NCBI GenBank assembly: GCA_016928395.1
Contig: JAFGKV010000050.1
Location: 1-36,504, forward strand
Reading direction: 5' to 3'
DNA from: Candidatus Fermentibacterota bacterium
GTDB lineage: Bacteria > JAFGKV01
DNA: 36,504 nucleotides
The position numbers were made by a program, and so were the translations under genes. Below are positions 18,877 through 28,395 of this stretch, in pieces (position 1 is the stretch's first letter; the number at the start of each line of letters is the position of its first letter). Below the pieces are notes generated by a model. That model saw only the letters and a program-made list of their open reading frames with translations, did not search any database and was not told the origin of the DNA.

Positions 18877-20003
18877 GTCCGTGCTCCCAGCACAGCCTCA
18901 TAGCAGGCAAGAATCCGGTCGACAACGGTCTCACCGGCGTCACCCAAGGGTTCGCGGTGCAGCGAGCGCGCGGTACGGATGGCCTCCGCGAGGGACTCGG
19001 GGTCTTCGTTTCGGCACATCACGACGCCATCCGGCCGCGGCACCACGTCGCTGGCGACCGCAGGCGTGCCCAAAGCCAGGGCTTCGTGAATGCTCAGACT
19101 GTCGCCATCGGCTCTGGTGGGGCGGGCCAGAACATCTGCCGCTTGAATGGCGCCCAACACAATGGCCCGGGGAAGGTCATGGCATGTCCGCATTTCGACA
19201 CGGTCTCCCGCAGCACCAAGTGCTCTCTCCAGTGCGGCCTCCGCATCGGGATCAGCCCTGCCGGATACGATGGCGAGAATCCTTGGGGTACAGCCGCTGC
19301 CACCAAGAAGGGTGCAGGCCTGTATCAGCAGATCGAACCCATACACCGTGCGCAGAGATCCGACGGCGACGATGGATGGATCGCCACCGTGCAAGAACTG
19401 CGCAAGATCGGGATCCGTCTGTGGCGGCACGCCCAAGGGCAGCCTGCATCCCACGACTCTCACCATGACCTGCGACAGCAGGGGCAGTCCCCGCACGTGT
19501 TCGGCCATGGCCTGATTGGACACTAAGATCACAGCTGCCCGGCGTAGCGCGAAACACAAGAGAAGTCGATGGGCGGGGGCGTAGCCGGCCACCCTGTCAC
19601 CGAACCGGCCGGCCAGAATATTGTAGATGAAGGGCGTGTGCCGGATGGCAGAGGCCAGGGCCACGATGACCTCGAAACCGAGGACTCGCGAGTCGCTCGC
19701 TGTGAGATGGAACGCTGAAAAGCGTCGTGTCAGCAGCACACGCATCAGAGTCGTTCGTGTGAGGGCCGCACCTGCGGACCCTCGTGGCCGCGCCGCCACG
19801 TCAACGGCTACAACTCCTACGCCACGAGAGGCCAGTTCATCACTAAGCCGTCTATTGTAGATCGCTTGTCCTCCCGAAGGCGGAGGGAACGCCCCAATCA
19901 ACGCGATCGGAATCACGGTCTTTGCTGAACTCGGCGCATTGCTGGACCGGAGTATTGAGGTGTGGGCACGCCGAGATTCACCAGGGGCGCTCGTGCGACC
20001 CAT
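18870..20003 (-). CDS. GT4 glycosyltransferase
   Basis: GAFPPPSGG, VYGFDLLI, RPTRADGDSLSIHEALALGTPAVASD. The start may be the GTG at 19916. Confidence 0.88.
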   Translation of the reverse strand: MGRTSAPGESRRAHTSILRSSNAPSSAKTVIPIALIGAFPPPSGGQAIYNRRLSDELASRGVGVVAVDVAARPRGSAGAALTRTTLMRVLLTRRFSAFHLTASDSRVLGFEVIVALASAIRHTPFIYNILAGRFGDRVAGYAPAHRLLLCFALRRAAVILVSNQAMAEHVRGLPLLSQVMVRVVGCRLPLGVPPQTDPDLAQFLHGGDPSIVAVGSLRTVYGFDLLIQACTLLGGSGCTPRILAIVSGRADPDAEAALERALGAAGDRVEMRTCHDLPRAIVLGAIQAADVLARPTRADGDSLSIHEALALGTPAVASDVVPRPDGVVMCRNEDPESLAEAIRTARSLHREPLGDAGETVVDRILACYEAVLGARTC

Positions 20004-20006
20004 GGA

Positions 20007-21002
20007 TCAGCCGTAGTACTGGCGGTGGCAGCAGCGCAGGCATCCCGGCAGCATCGAGCCGCGTCGTCTGGCAGCCCGGAACTTTCGCCAGCGCGGCGAG
20101 TTCCAGATCTGCGGCAGAGGCTGCTCACGCAGAGTCCCCATGTACAGATCGAGACATGGCGCAACCTCCGCACCGGGGTACACCCGGGCCACGACCCACG
20201 GCACCACGCAGAGGGTGCCAAACGGATAGTCGAGATCGCGGTAGTACGGATTGATGTCTCCCTCCCTAATAGGCGGAAACACGTTCAGTCGCATGCCGAA
20301 GCTTCGACCGCGAATACTCTGAAGCTGCCTGCCTATCTCCTCTGGGTTCATGGCCCGGGCGAGGTCGATTGTGGAGCGATCGAAGACCAGATGCTGCAAA
20401 GTGAGGGAATCGGCGCCCCACGCTGCCAGGTCGGTAACGGTCTCCTGGAGCCGGGCCTGATTGTCGGGACTGATCGTGCAGTTCAGCGCGATGCTCGGGG
20501 TCTTCTTCCGGGCCTGGAGCACACGGCTCACCCCCTCCCGTGCGGCCTGATAGCTGCCAGTGACCCCTCGAATGTGGTCATGGAGACCCTCGGGGCCGTC
20601 GACACTCACCGTGATATGGTTGACGCCCCAGGCCGCCAGGTCCTTGGCGTAGCGGGGAAGGAAATACCCGTTCGTGGTGATACTGGTGGCGAATCCCTGG
20701 CGACACGCCTGGCGGACCAGTTCCGCGAAGGCGACATGCACCATGGGTTCTCCCCCGATGAAGTGCACTACAGGCTTGCGCCACCACCATCGCCGGGCGA
20801 GGTCATCGAGGGTTCGCGAGACAAGATCGGCATCCAGATGAATCCCCGACGTGCTTCTGGTAGAACACATGGCACAGCGGAGATTGCACGCCCCGGTGAG
20901 CGTAAAGCTGACCATAAACGGCTGATATGACCAGCCACCCTGAAGACGTACCATCCCGCTTACACGATGGTGCTGCCAGGAGAGAATTCGTTTTAGGTTC
21001 AC
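20007..21002 (-). CDS. Radical SAM protein with SPASM/Twitch domain
   Basis: CNLRCAMC, GGEP, ITTNG, VSVDG....HD.IRG, and C-terminal C..PW......G...PC...G......IWNS...C.RCC. Confidence 0.93.
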   Translation of the reverse strand: MNLKRILSWQHHRVSGMVRLQGGWSYQPFMVSFTLTGACNLRCAMCSTRSTSGIHLDADLVSRTLDDLARRWWWRKPVVHFIGGEPMVHVAFAELVRQACRQGFATSITTNGYFLPRYAKDLAAWGVNHITVSVDGPEGLHDHIRGVTGSYQAAREGVSRVLQARKKTPSIALNCTISPDNQARLQETVTDLAAWGADSLTLQHLVFDRSTIDLARAMNPEEIGRQLQSIRGRSFGMRLNVFPPIREGDINPYYRDLDYPFGTLCVVPWVVARVYPGAEVAPCLDLYMGTLREQPLPQIWNSPRWRKFRAARRRGSMLPGCLRCCHRQYYG

Positions 21003-22144
21003 GATGTGATTCCCTCGCGTCGTATGGGACTTCGCACATTGAGGGCCGCGTCATAGACTTCGCGGGTCTGCACTGCCATGCGATGGGGTGTAAACTGGGC
21101 CACGGTCTGCGCCGCCGCATCAACCATGTGTTGTCGGAGCTCATCATCTGTCAGCAATTCGTTCAGCCGCCCTCGGAGAAGCTCATCGTCCTCGTAGGGC
21201 ACAAGAAAGCCGTCTTTCCCGTCGTGGATCAACTCGCCTGCGCCACCATCGGATGGGCCTACCACCGCACACCCCGCGGCCATAGCCTCCATAAAGACCA
21301 GGCCGAAGGCCTCGGTCACTCCCGGCAAGGCCACAACCTTGGCCTTGCGGTAGAGAGATGCCAGGGCATCACCGTGAACCAGGCCGAAGCGCTTGATTCG
21401 CGGCCAGAGGCCGTTTTTGATGGCCAGCGATGCCATGGGGGAAGGTATCCTGGTGCCTGCAACCCACAGTTCGGCATCGGGTACGGCGAGGTAGGGCAGA
21501 CAGGCCACAAGGCGGTCAAGCCCCTTGCGGTAAGGGTTCCCGCCCACAAAGAGGATGCTGTCGTTCCGGCCGGCGGCGTCTCCCTTATCGATAGCAAGAT
21601 CCAGCCCGATGTGAATCGTCGTCATGCATCCGCCTGGGTGGTACGCGTGGAGGACCCTGGTCTTGGTCGCATCGGAATTGGCGATGAGCGCGTGAACCTT
21701 CCCGTAGGCGACTCGTTCCAGGGCTCGGGCAATGGTCGCATAGGCGAGGCGGGTGGGCCAGTCCGGATACCGGGAGCGATGCCGCCAGTAGTACCCTGGA
21801 TCGACGAAGTAGTAGTCATGCACCGTGCCCACCGAGGCGATGTCCCGCGTCCTGAACCACAAGGCCTCACGGGCGTCGATGAAGTGTACGAGGTCAACAT
21901 CGCGCAACGGGCGCAGACGTCGCGAGAATGCCCATGCATGGCCCATCCATCGGGCATGATTGGGCAGTCGGCGAAATGGGACCGGGAGGAAATCCAGGCC
22001 CGGCACGGAAGCGCATTGGCTCGGCGGACACGCCACGACTACCTGGATCCCCAAGCGGAGCAAGCCCGCTGCCAGGGCCCGCGCATAGGTTCCGACACCG
22101 CTATACGGCAAGGCATACTGCCCGGTGGCAAGGCAGACCCTCAC
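20999..22144 (-). CDS. GT4 glycosyltransferase
   Basis: SGVGTY, TVHD, RKGLD, EAFGLVFMEAMAAG (E-x7-E). GTG start at 22144 is coupled to the upstream TGA. Confidence 0.9.
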   Translation of the reverse strand: MRVCLATGQYALPYSGVGTYARALAAGLLRLGIQVVVACPPSQCASVPGLDFLPVPFRRLPNHARWMGHAWAFSRRLRPLRDVDLVHFIDAREALWFRTRDIASVGTVHDYYFVDPGYYWRHRSRYPDWPTRLAYATIARALERVAYGKVHALIANSDATKTRVLHAYHPGGCMTTIHIGLDLAIDKGDAAGRNDSILFVGGNPYRKGLDRLVACLPYLAVPDAELWVAGTRIPSPMASLAIKNGLWPRIKRFGLVHGDALASLYRKAKVVALPGVTEAFGLVFMEAMAAGCAVVGPSDGGAGELIHDGKDGFLVPYEDDELLRGRLNELLTDDELRQHMVDAAAQTVAQFTPHRMAVQTREVYDAALNVRSPIRREGITS

Positions 22145-23301
22145 GCCATCTCCGCCAGAGTCGCCCTCACCCACCGCGCGAAGCGAGGGCCGATGACGTT
22201 CCAGTCATACTGAGCCGCGGTCTCCCTCCCTCTGAGAGACATTCCCGTTCTTCGATCCGCAGCATCGAGCAGTTCCGTCAGGCACGCAGCCACTGCCGAG
22301 GGTTCGGGCCGCGTCACTACACCCGCACCGCTCTCTCTGGCTATCCGGGCGCCGTCGCCTACCGGTGTCGTGACAAAAGGAAGCCCCGCCGCCATATACT
22401 CCAGGATCTTCAAATGGAAGGCATACCGGTTCCAACGGGTCGGCGGGAGGATTGCCAGGCCGACCCACGCTGCGGCCATCAGAGGAGGCGTAGCGTTACT
22501 CGATATGCTGCCGTGCCATGTAACAAACGACGCCAGACCAAGGCGTTGGGCAAGGGAGGCAAGCGGTCTTCGAGCCGGGCCGTCTCCTGCTACCACAATG
22601 CGTATTTCGCGCTTCATCAATGGAAACGCCCTGAGCACGACATCGAGGCCGCAATCGCGCTCCAGGCCACCCACGTAGAGAATGGTTGGCTCCGGAGATT
22701 CTGCGCGGGGAAGCCCAAAAAGGCGCGTGTGCACGCCATTTGGGTAGAGGTGGGTTGACTTTGCGCCGGTCTCAGCAGCGTGACGCTGCAGGGAGAACCC
22801 AGCACATGAGACGGATGTCGCACCGCGCAGGGCACATTCCTGCCACCTGTTGAGGATCCAGCGATGGGGTCCATCAACTCGGCCTCCGCCATAGTCATCC
22901 GCATGATCATAGATGAAGCGGATCCCTCTATCACGGCAGGCCATGGCGGGTACAGGGCCCTGAACCAACGCTACCTTCTCCACGGGCGCCACCGCACGCA
23001 GAGCCGTGCGCAGCATCACGCGATTGATTACCGGTCCCAGCAAGCTGGGCAAAGGGCTGCGTCTCACCGCGGTGGTAGTCCCCGCCAGCCAGATGAGCGG
23101 GCATCCCTCGCCGACAACCCGGCGGGGCCACCCGCGCAAGGGGGATCCGGGCGGCGCCTGGTCACCGCTGATGCCGATCCCCGGAGGGACGAGACTCACC
23201 TTGCGCAAAGGAGCCAGGGACTCGAGGAATGCGGCAAGGTGCCGTATGCGGTGCTCGTGATGGTGGAACAAGTCATTGGCAACCAGGAGCAGGGAATCCA
23301 T
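22141..23301 (-). CDS. GT4 glycosyltransferase
   Basis: YDHAD, PNGV, YVGGL, VAGDGP, LKILEYMAAGLPFVTT, YDW. Confidence 0.88.
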   Translation of the reverse strand: MDSLLLVANDLFHHHEHRIRHLAAFLESLAPLRKVSLVPPGIGISGDQAPPGSPLRGWPRRVVGEGCPLIWLAGTTTAVRRSPLPSLLGPVINRVMLRTALRAVAPVEKVALVQGPVPAMACRDRGIRFIYDHADDYGGGRVDGPHRWILNRWQECALRGATSVSCAGFSLQRHAAETGAKSTHLYPNGVHTRLFGLPRAESPEPTILYVGGLERDCGLDVVLRAFPLMKREIRIVVAGDGPARRPLASLAQRLGLASFVTWHGSISSNATPPLMAAAWVGLAILPPTRWNRYAFHLKILEYMAAGLPFVTTPVGDGARIARESGAGVVTRPEPSAVAACLTELLDAADRRTGMSLRGRETAAQYDWNVIGPRFARWVRATLAEMA

Positions 23302-23430
23302 GTCGTTACCGCCTCAGCCGAACCGCGGCCCGGGGCCCGGCGGGTCGACAGGGCTCGATGGCTATGGTACGATGCGAGCCGGCCGCCGTCAGCGGCGGAG
23401 GGTCTTGGTGTGCGATATAGAAACGAGGTG

Positions 23431-23559
23431 TCAGCCTGTCTGCGGGGCTCGAACCTCTTTCGTTCGGTTCTCGCGCTGGGCCTTGCGTTGGGCGCGTTTG
23501 CGCTTCAGTTGGCGGACTCGCCTGCGGTGAATCTCCGTACGCCTCACTATTCTGCTCAT
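23431..23559 (-). CDS. Very small Arg/Lys-rich protein (42 aa), DUF6800-like
   Basis: ATG at 23559 follows a perfect AAGGAGG RBS. Sequence MSRIVRRTEIHRRRVRQLKRKRAQRKAQRENRTKEVRAPQTG. The family label is from recall. Confidence 0.72.
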   Translation of the reverse strand: MSRIVRRTEIHRRRVRQLKRKRAQRKAQRENRTKEVRAPQTG

Positions 23560-23615
23560 GGAACCTCCTTGTCTGCATGTCAAGAGCTCATTGTCGCGAA
23601 CTGCTGCAATCGAGC

Positions 23616-23644
23616 ATTCTAAGGTCTGGGCGGGCTGGGAGCAA
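23616..23644 (-). promoter_or_regulatory. Probable internal sigma70 promoter upstream of the small basic protein
   Basis: TTGCTC-17 nt-TAGAAT, overlapping the TAG stop of the upstream GT4. Confidence 0.55.
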
Positions 23645-24920
23645 GCCCATGGCCCGATAGCTCGCCCAGCCGGCGGGAAAGATCCCTGCACCGGGCCTGT
23701 ACACTCCAGGCCCTCTCCACCCTCCGCCGCCCCCGGGCGCTGAGCCTCAGGCGAAGCTCGGGCTCATCCATGAGCCGCGCCATGGCCGCGGCCATGGCCT
23801 GCGGGTCGCCGGGCGGCACCAGCAGGCCGGCACCGGCGCCGACAAGTTCGGGAATACCGCTCACCGTGGTGGACACGGTGGGAATTCCCGTGGCCAATGC
23901 CTCAGTGAGCACCGACGGAAGACCATCCATGTTTCCCGCGTCATCCCTCCGTGCGGCGAGCACGAAGAGATCTGTCTTCGCCAGCAGATCCCTCACCGCT
24001 TCCTGCACCAGCGGGCCTTCGAAGCGCACACGATGGGAGATCCCCAGCTCCGTGGCGAGCCCCTTCAGAGAGTGCTCCAGAGGACCGGCGCCGACGATGG
24101 AAAGAAACCACGGCCTCGCGCTGAGCAGAGCCACGGCCTTGAGGAGCACATCAAAGCCTTTGATTGCGACCAGCCGGCCCACCGAGGCGATCCTGCACAC
24201 GGCCGGCTGGGGATCCGGAGGCCGGTACGCATAGGAGGACAGGTCGATGCCGACTCGAATGACCTGTACTCTGCGCGGAGAGATGCCTAAGGCCATGCCG
24301 CGGAGGAGACGGCGGTTGAACCGGCTGATAGTCCTTACCCAGGCGGCTTGGGTGATGCGACGGCCCAGCTCATCGGGATCGGAGAGGTAGATGTCGTGTG
24401 CGTGAGCCGTGGCGCTGAAGGTGGTCCCGTGAAGAATGGCCATAGTACGCGCGGCTGCTGCTGGAGACGAAAGGTAGTGCGCATGGAAGTGCTCGGGTGC
24501 GTGGGGGATCGCCTCCCGTGCGAGATAGAGTGCGCCCAGAGACGCGTGGAATGCTTCGGGGCCTCCGGCCCCGCGCAGGGCCCTCGTCAAGGTGCGGGGT
24601 GCGTGAGTTCCCCAGAACAAGAATGCCCGGGCGATATGCGCCCTGCGCCGCTCTTCGGGCAGGATGACCACAGGGGCATCCAGGGCCTGCACCATGGGAT
24701 GGGCCAGATTGTCAGGATTGGATCCGAAGGCGAAGATGGACACCTGGATGCCGAGTCTGTGCATCTCGTAGAGCTCGCGGAGGATGAATGTCTCGGAGAG
24801 CACGGGATATCGTGCCAAGACGAAACCGACGCGGGGCGCAGTGGCCGTGTAACCCGGGGATTCCCTGTCAATGCTGACTGCCCGTCTGGCCAGAATGGCA
24901 GAACCGCATGGCCCGTTCAT
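23619..24920 (-). CDS. GT4 glycosyltransferase (WcaL-like)
   Basis: YPVLSETFILRE, HFHAHY, S.TAHAHDIY, VGRLVAIKGF, DGLPSVLTEALA.G.P.VST.VSGIPELV. Confidence 0.92.
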   Translation of the reverse strand: MNGPCGSAILARRAVSIDRESPGYTATAPRVGFVLARYPVLSETFILRELYEMHRLGIQVSIFAFGSNPDNLAHPMVQALDAPVVILPEERRRAHIARAFLFWGTHAPRTLTRALRGAGGPEAFHASLGALYLAREAIPHAPEHFHAHYLSSPAAAARTMAILHGTTFSATAHAHDIYLSDPDELGRRITQAAWVRTISRFNRRLLRGMALGISPRRVQVIRVGIDLSSYAYRPPDPQPAVCRIASVGRLVAIKGFDVLLKAVALLSARPWFLSIVGAGPLEHSLKGLATELGISHRVRFEGPLVQEAVRDLLAKTDLFVLAARRDDAGNMDGLPSVLTEALATGIPTVSTTVSGIPELVGAGAGLLVPPGDPQAMAAAMARLMDEPELRLRLSARGRRRVERAWSVQARCRDLSRRLGELSGHGLAPSPPRP

Positions 24921-27004
24921 GGCGAGCGGCCCCGGACAGGATGTGATGCCAGCAGCGAATCGGCTTCGGCATGTCGGCCCAAGCGGCGGAGGCAGAGAGC
25001 CATGTTGGCTGCCACGAGAGGGCGCATCGAAGGGTCACCTCGCGTCATGGCTTGGGCGAATCTGGTGAGAGCCTGGTCAAAGGCGCCTGTCAACATGAGG
25101 GAAACTCCTCGAAGGTTCAGGATTTCGGTGCTGGACTGGCCCTTGTGAGACGCAAGTATACGCAGAGCTCGGCCGGGGTCACCATCGGCGAGGGCGCGCC
25201 GGGTCGCATGAGCTGTCAGCGAGACACTGGAGGGGAACGAGGTGGCCAACGACTCCGATAGCGCAGTGACGGTAGGGCAGGGGCCTCGGAGGCTCTCCAC
25301 GGCTGAGGCCAACAGCTCAGCACTCACCACCGGCAAGGGGCCGCAACGGATGAACGATCGAGCGCCCCGGCCCAGATCCTCGCAACGGCCCATCTTCGCC
25401 AAGGAGACAACCAGCGAGTACCAGATGGCCCGATTGCCCGAATCGGTCTGGAGTGCCCACGCGAAGCGCTGCACGGCACTCTGGTGCTGTGAGACTGCCG
25501 CCAAGAGCTGAGCGCCTTGCGCCATGCGGAGTGCTCGATGACGGCCTCCCTGGGAGCCCGGACGCCCGTGGTCGGCCCACCGCGCCAGAGCGGCTCGATC
25601 CTCGTCGTGGTCATACGAGCCCTGAAAGGACAGCCACCCTTCAGGAATCAGGAGGCCTCGCGTTTCATCCGGCAGCTGCGAGAAGGTGAATACGGGCTGC
25701 AGGCCGGCGGCCTCCGCGGCGCGGGAGATCGAAGCATAGGGAGGATCCGGCTGGGCCGGTAGAGCCGCAGAAAGCCTCGGATCCAAGGTTGAACGGTACC
25801 ATGCTAATCCCAGATACGGCGTGTATACCACGCGAGGTCGGGTGTGCTGAGACCACGCATGGTGCAGCATGAGGAAGAGGTCGGTGCTGCTGTCGGTGAA
25901 CAAGACCCGACCCTCCAACTGAGAGGCCAACGCATCCCTGTAGTCACACGCCGACAGGTCGGTGGAACGGTCAAGCCGAGGGAGAAGCGGAGCCACGAGC
26001 AGCGCAGTCCCCGAACAGATGGCGATGGCGGCAGCCATCCTGGGGAACCTTAGCACACCGACCGCTAGGATTGCCGAGCCTATTATCAAGGGGCACAGGG
26101 GCAGCAGATAGCCGATGACATCGGGCCCCCCGCCTGTGGTTACCGCCACGGCAGCCAGAAGACCACCCGATAGCACCACCAACGGCATGCGGCGAATCAG
26201 TACCGGCAGTGCCAGGGCGGAAAGTCCCAGCGTGACCGGTGGCAGGGATGCGTTGAGGAAACCCTTGAGGGTGCCGAACGTCCCGGCCAGGGACCCACCG
26301 GCCAGCAGGCGCCCCGAAAGCGCGTCGGAGCGGAATTCCTGGAGCGTCACGATCCACAGGAATCCTCGGATCGTCCGGCTGCTGCCCCAGTCAATGCAGG
26401 GAGCGTCGAGAGATCTCAGTGGCAGTATCGCAAAGATCGATAGTGCCAGCGCGGTACCCGCCGCCAGAGGCTTGAGACGCGCACGCACAAGAGGGAACAG
26501 CACCGGGGCGAATGCGACGGCGGATGGGTGATTCCCCAGCGCAAGCCCGAACACATAGCCTGCCCCAAGCGCTGCCCTGGGTGAGGACATCGCGGTGGCA
26601 AGCGCGATGAGAATCATGGTCAGCAGGACCTGTAGCGTATAGACCTCGCCGTGGGTTCCCTGCATCCATACCACCGGCGAGGCGCCGAGTGCGAATCCTC
26701 CGGCCAGACCCAGTGCTACGCCTGCTCGGGCGGCCAGGATCCCCGCTAGCACTGCCGCGGCACTCGCGCCGCTCACTGCGGCGACCCACGAAGCCGCCCG
26801 TGCCCCCGAGACACCGGAGAGGACCTTCACCGCGCGACTCAGCAGGACGAAGAGCGGGAAGCCGGGTGAGTGAGGAATTCCGTGGCACTCCGCCGCCAGG
26901 GCCAACTCGGGCGTGTCATCCCACCCCACATCAGGGAGCATCGTGGCCGCGTAGGCCGTCAGGACCAGGATGCCTGCTGCCAGCGCGGTCAGGATCGGTT
27001 TCAC
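24917..27004 (-). CDS. DUF2723/TMEM260-like GT-C membrane glycosyltransferase with C-terminal TPR repeats
   Basis: P.VGWDDTPEL, GIPHSPGFPLFVLL, W.QG..GEVYTL, GLALGNH, P.IDWG, many TM helices, TPR-like C-terminus (ILNLRGVSLM..G.FDQA). GTG start at 27004 is coupled to the upstream TGA. Confidence 0.85.
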   Translation of the reverse strand: MKPILTALAAGILVLTAYAATMLPDVGWDDTPELALAAECHGIPHSPGFPLFVLLSRAVKVLSGVSGARAASWVAAVSGASAAAVLAGILAARAGVALGLAGGFALGASPVVWMQGTHGEVYTLQVLLTMILIALATAMSSPRAALGAGYVFGLALGNHPSAVAFAPVLFPLVRARLKPLAAGTALALSIFAILPLRSLDAPCIDWGSSRTIRGFLWIVTLQEFRSDALSGRLLAGGSLAGTFGTLKGFLNASLPPVTLGLSALALPVLIRRMPLVVLSGGLLAAVAVTTGGGPDVIGYLLPLCPLIIGSAILAVGVLRFPRMAAAIAICSGTALLVAPLLPRLDRSTDLSACDYRDALASQLEGRVLFTDSSTDLFLMLHHAWSQHTRPRVVYTPYLGLAWYRSTLDPRLSAALPAQPDPPYASISRAAEAAGLQPVFTFSQLPDETRGLLIPEGWLSFQGSYDHDEDRAALARWADHGRPGSQGGRHRALRMAQGAQLLAAVSQHQSAVQRFAWALQTDSGNRAIWYSLVVSLAKMGRCEDLGRGARSFIRCGPLPVVSAELLASAVESLRGPCPTVTALSESLATSFPSSVSLTAHATRRALADGDPGRALRILASHKGQSSTEILNLRGVSLMLTGAFDQALTRFAQAMTRGDPSMRPLVAANMALCLRRLGRHAEADSLLASHPVRGRSP

Positions 27005-28395
27005 GGCATTCTCAAGAGAGTCTTGAGCAGAAACCATGCGGCATTGGCATTGAGTGCCCGCTGGGTGAAGGTCTTGTGCCGGGTGAGAGAGCTCAGGGCC
27101 TTCGGTCTCCGGTAGAACGCCAGGACCGCGGATCGTCGTGCGCGCCACACATCGCGGGGCGGCAGTCCCTCACTACGGTGAACCGGGGGTGTGTGAATGC
27201 CCCAGTCCGACCATCGGGGGGAGAGAATCGCCTTGCGTGCGATCAGCTCATCGTAGAGCCTCGTGCCCGGATAGGGCTTGAATATTTCAAACTTGGCGAC
27301 ATCGAGACCCAAGGATCTGGAGAAGTGAGCCGTCTGTACCAGAGTGTTAGCCGATTCGCCCGGTAGACCAAGCATGAAGAACCCCCACACGGTCATGCCC
27401 AAGCGATGGGCGGCATCAATTACCGGGGTCGCGCGGTCGAGGCTCTGATGCTTGCCCGCCCGAACCGCGACGGCATCGTTGGAGGTTTCAATGCCCATGC
27501 CGAAGCTATGGACCCCCATGGTCCGCATCGCGGACAGCAGGCCATCATCCAGCATGTCGCACCGGAGACCATTACCGAAGGCATAGGGTATGCGGGGGCC
27601 TCGACTTGCGAAGGCTTCCATGATTGCCATGGCGCGGTCTCGATCCGCGGTGAAGCAATCATCCATGATATGGATCTCCCGGGCCCCGATGGTTTGACGA
27701 ACATGCCAGGCATGCTCCACCGCCCGTTCCGGCGTCAGATATCGTACCTTTGCACCGAAGAGGCTGGTTGACTGACAGAAGCCGCAGCGCCCCGGGCATC
27801 CTCGGCTAAGCATGATCGTACCGACAGGAAGTGCCCGGGCATCCGGGGGGCGATAGCCGGACGGCCTTCTGACCAGGTGCCATGCCGGTAAGGGGAGATC
27901 ATTCAACTCCCCCTCAGTGAGCAGGGTGCGGGGCACGGCTGGTTCGTCAGGCCGCACCACGCCCGATACTGAAAGGTCTGGCTCTTGCCTCACCAGGAGA
28001 GCGCAGTACTCGGTGATCGCGTTCTCAGCTTCACCCTGGAACACGGCATCGAAGCAGCCAGTAGCCAGCACCTCACCCGGGAGGGCACTGGCGTGGGGTC
28101 CGCCGATGAGCACCGGGCACCCAACAGCGGATCTCATCCGCGCAGCCCATCTCCGCGCAGCAGGAAATGCCGGCGTCGTAGCGGTGAATCCCACGATGTC
28201 GGGCTGCCACCGGCGGGCCCACACCCTCACGCCATGACTATCTGCCCCCTCCCCATCAGCATCCACCACCCGGACACTGTGGCCCTCGGACTCCAGGCAC
28301 GCCGCGATCTGAAGCAACCCCATCGGCGGGTACACCGGTCTCATCGGGCTGCCATAGGCCGCCCATTGCGGAGGCGCGATAAGCAGGACCTTCAT
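27001..28395 (-). CDS. Cobalamin(B12)-binding radical SAM protein (probable class B methyltransferase)
   Basis: N-terminal B12-binding domain (PPMGLLQIAA.L, PDIVG, GGPHAS), SRGCPGRCGFC, DDCFT, GIET, FMLGLPGE, PYPGT. Confidence 0.94.
   Translation of the reverse strand: MKVLLIAPPQWAAYGSPMRPVYPPMGLLQIAACLESEGHSVRVVDADGEGADSHGVRVWARRWQPDIVGFTATTPAFPAARRWAARMRSAVGCPVLIGGPHASALPGEVLATGCFDAVFQGEAENAITEYCALLVRQEPDLSVSGVVRPDEPAVPRTLLTEGELNDLPLPAWHLVRRPSGYRPPDARALPVGTIMLSRGCPGRCGFCQSTSLFGAKVRYLTPERAVEHAWHVRQTIGAREIHIMDDCFTADRDRAMAIMEAFASRGPRIPYAFGNGLRCDMLDDGLLSAMRTMGVHSFGMGIETSNDAVAVRAGKHQSLDRATPVIDAAHRLGMTVWGFFMLGLPGESANTLVQTAHFSRSLGLDVAKFEIFKPYPGTRLYDELIARKAILSPRWSDWGIHTPPVHRSEGLPPRDVWRARRSAVLAFYRRPKALSSLTRHKTFTQRALNANAAWFLLKTLLRMP

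Noticed and set aside
19962-22213. 322-aa and 428-aa plus-strand ORFs
   Set aside because: Antisense to the radical SAM and GT4 genes, which have clear family motifs.
23578-23583. Perfect TTGACA upstream of the small basic ORF
   Set aside because: No -10 at proper spacing (it would fall on the start codon); the promoter at 23616-23644 fits better.
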